This document shows, piece after piece, positions 4,315 to 5,343 of a DNA stretch of 5,343 bases (position 1 is the first letter of the stretch; each line of letters starts with the position of its first letter). The notes below the pieces were generated by a model. That model had not been told where the DNA came from. It saw only the letters and a list, made by a program, of their open reading frames with translations, and ran no database searches. The position numbers were made by a program, and so were the translations under genes. The DNA is from a virus. The stretch lies in the IMG/VR virus record IMGVR_UViG_3300030397_000035; one strand, written 5' to 3'.

Positions 4315-5321
4315 TGGGATGCGACAGTCCATTAAAAGGATGGAAGGATCGGGATACTGGCGGTTTGACGTTTGATAGGAGAAATTGTAGTGAAAAAATG
4401 GAAGTTGCTTGCGGTCAGTGTCTCGGTTGTCGTTTGGATTATTGTCGTATGTGGGCGATGCGAATTACCCACGAAGCCAGCTTGCATGAATATAAAGGAG
4501 GTAATTGCTTTATTACTCTGACGTATCGTGATGCTGATTTTTGCGATGAAGAGCAACTGGCAAAAGAGTTATATGTGCCGGATGATTGGAGTTTAAATAA
4601 ACGGCATTTCCAACTATTTATGAAGCGTTTGCGGAAAGCGTTTCCGAAGAGGGAGATTAGGTACTTTTATGCCGGTGAATACGGTCGGTGTTGCAGGCAT
4701 GGCATTGACGTACAGCGGGTTGGCTGTCCTCTCTGTAACGTGGGGCGTCCCCATTTTCATGCTTGTCTTTTTAATCATAGTTTTACTGATTTAGAGCCAT
4801 ATAGTTCCGATGGAGGAGTTTTACGTTATACTAGTCCGACTCTGGAGAAAATATGGGGATATGGTTTCGTTGACGTTGGCGATCTTACTTTTGCTTCTGC
4901 TAGTTATGTTGCAGGTTATGTACTAAAGAAGGTACGTGGGCCTGTAGCTGATGACCATTATCAAGCTTACGATATGGATGGAGAAATTACTTTTTTGGAA
5001 CCGGAGTTTGTCGGTATGAGTCGCGGTAATGCTGCTTACAAAGGGCAGAAGTGCGGTATCGGTGCCGGATGGTTTGAGAAGTATAAAGACGACTGTTTCC
5101 CAAGTGATGAGATTCCTATTCCGGGTGTCGGGGTTATGAAGGGCGTTCCGCGTTATTATGATGAAATGCTAAAAGATTATGACGAGGAGTTGTATTTAAA
5201 GATAAAGGAGTCTAGAACTCAATTTAGAAAAGAGAATGCAGAGGAATATACGCCGGGCAGATTGTGGAGTAAACACTTATGCAAGAAGGCGCGAACAGAT
5301 TTACGCGAAAGGACTCTGTAG
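4314..5321 (+). CDS. VP4: Replication initiation protein VP4 (HUH rolling-circle endonuclease, phiX174 A-protein family), 335 aa
   Basis: The GTG start at 4314 overlaps the VP8 TAG (TAGTG). The N-terminal GCDSPLKGW and CGQCLGCRLDY are typical of Microviridae Rep proteins. Motif I is FITLTY, the HUH motif is HFHACLF (nt 4752-4760), and the two-tyrosine motif is SYVAGYVLKK (Tyr198 and Tyr202, nt 4905-4919). A Cys-rich insertion lies between GEYG and RPHFH. Confidence 0.92.
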   Translation: MGCDSPLKGWKDRDTGGLTFDRRNCSEKMEVACGQCLGCRLDYCRMWAMRITHEASLHEYKGGNCFITLTYRDADFCDEEQLAKELYVPDDWSLNKRHFQLFMKRLRKAFPKREIRYFYAGEYGRCCRHGIDVQRVGCPLCNVGRPHFHACLFNHSFTDLEPYSSDGGVLRYTSPTLEKIWGYGFVDVGDLTFASASYVAGYVLKKVRGPVADDHYQAYDMDGEITFLEPEFVGMSRGNAAYKGQKCGIGAGWFEKYKDDCFPSDEIPIPGVGVMKGVPRYYDEMLKDYDEELYLKIKESRTQFRKENAEEYTPGRLWSKHLCKKARTDLRERTL

Positions 5322-5343
5322 GAACTGTATGGGATGTTTATGA
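5221..5343. repeat. Right copy of the 123-nt terminal redundancy (identical to 1-123)
   Basis: Identical to 1-123. It contains the last 101 nt of VP4 and the first 65 nt of the 79-aa ORF (ATG at 5279, equivalent to 59). Confidence 0.97.

Noticed and set aside
4332-4556. Minus-strand 74-aa ORF opposite the VP4 5' region
   Set aside because: It is antisense to the Rep gene, has no SD, and is inconsistent with the single-strand coding of this virus family.
1-5343. Search for tRNA, rRNA, CRISPR repeats, integrase or transposase, and long tandem repeats
   Set aside because: I saw no cloverleaf-like structure, no regularly spaced direct repeats, and no ORF with recombinase-like motifs. The only long repeat is the terminal redundancy explained by circularity.

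Overview
The window is a complete circular ssDNA phage genome of the Gokushovirinae type (family Microviridae), written linearly with a 123-nt terminal redundancy. Bases 1-123 are identical to 5221-5343, so the unit length is 5220 nt. All credible genes lie on the + strand and are tightly packed, and many stop and start codons overlap. The order around the circle is: VP4 replication initiator (4314-5321, its 3' end repeated at 1-101), a 79-aa CxxC...CxxC zinc-ribbon-like ORF, a VP5-like small protein, VP1 major capsid, VP2 minor capsid/pilot, VP3 internal scaffold, a roughly 920-nt accessory region, a 39-aa arginine-rich VP8/J-like DNA-binding protein, then VP4 again. The accessory region (about 3274-4202) is the unusual part. 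It holds a run of perfect stem-loops that starts inside the VP3 3' end, followed by two intrinsic terminators and a third hairpin enclosing a 12-bp palindrome. Next comes a strong Shine-Dalgarno site driving a 56-aa ORF that is absent from the supplied ORF track, coupled to a coiled-coil ORF. A GC-rich hairpin array follows, including a perfect 12-bp stem with a GAAA loop, and then a small signal-peptide/lipobox-like protein. No tRNA, rRNA, CRISPR array, transposase or integrase is visible. All family assignments come from motifs recognised by eye, since no database search could be run.
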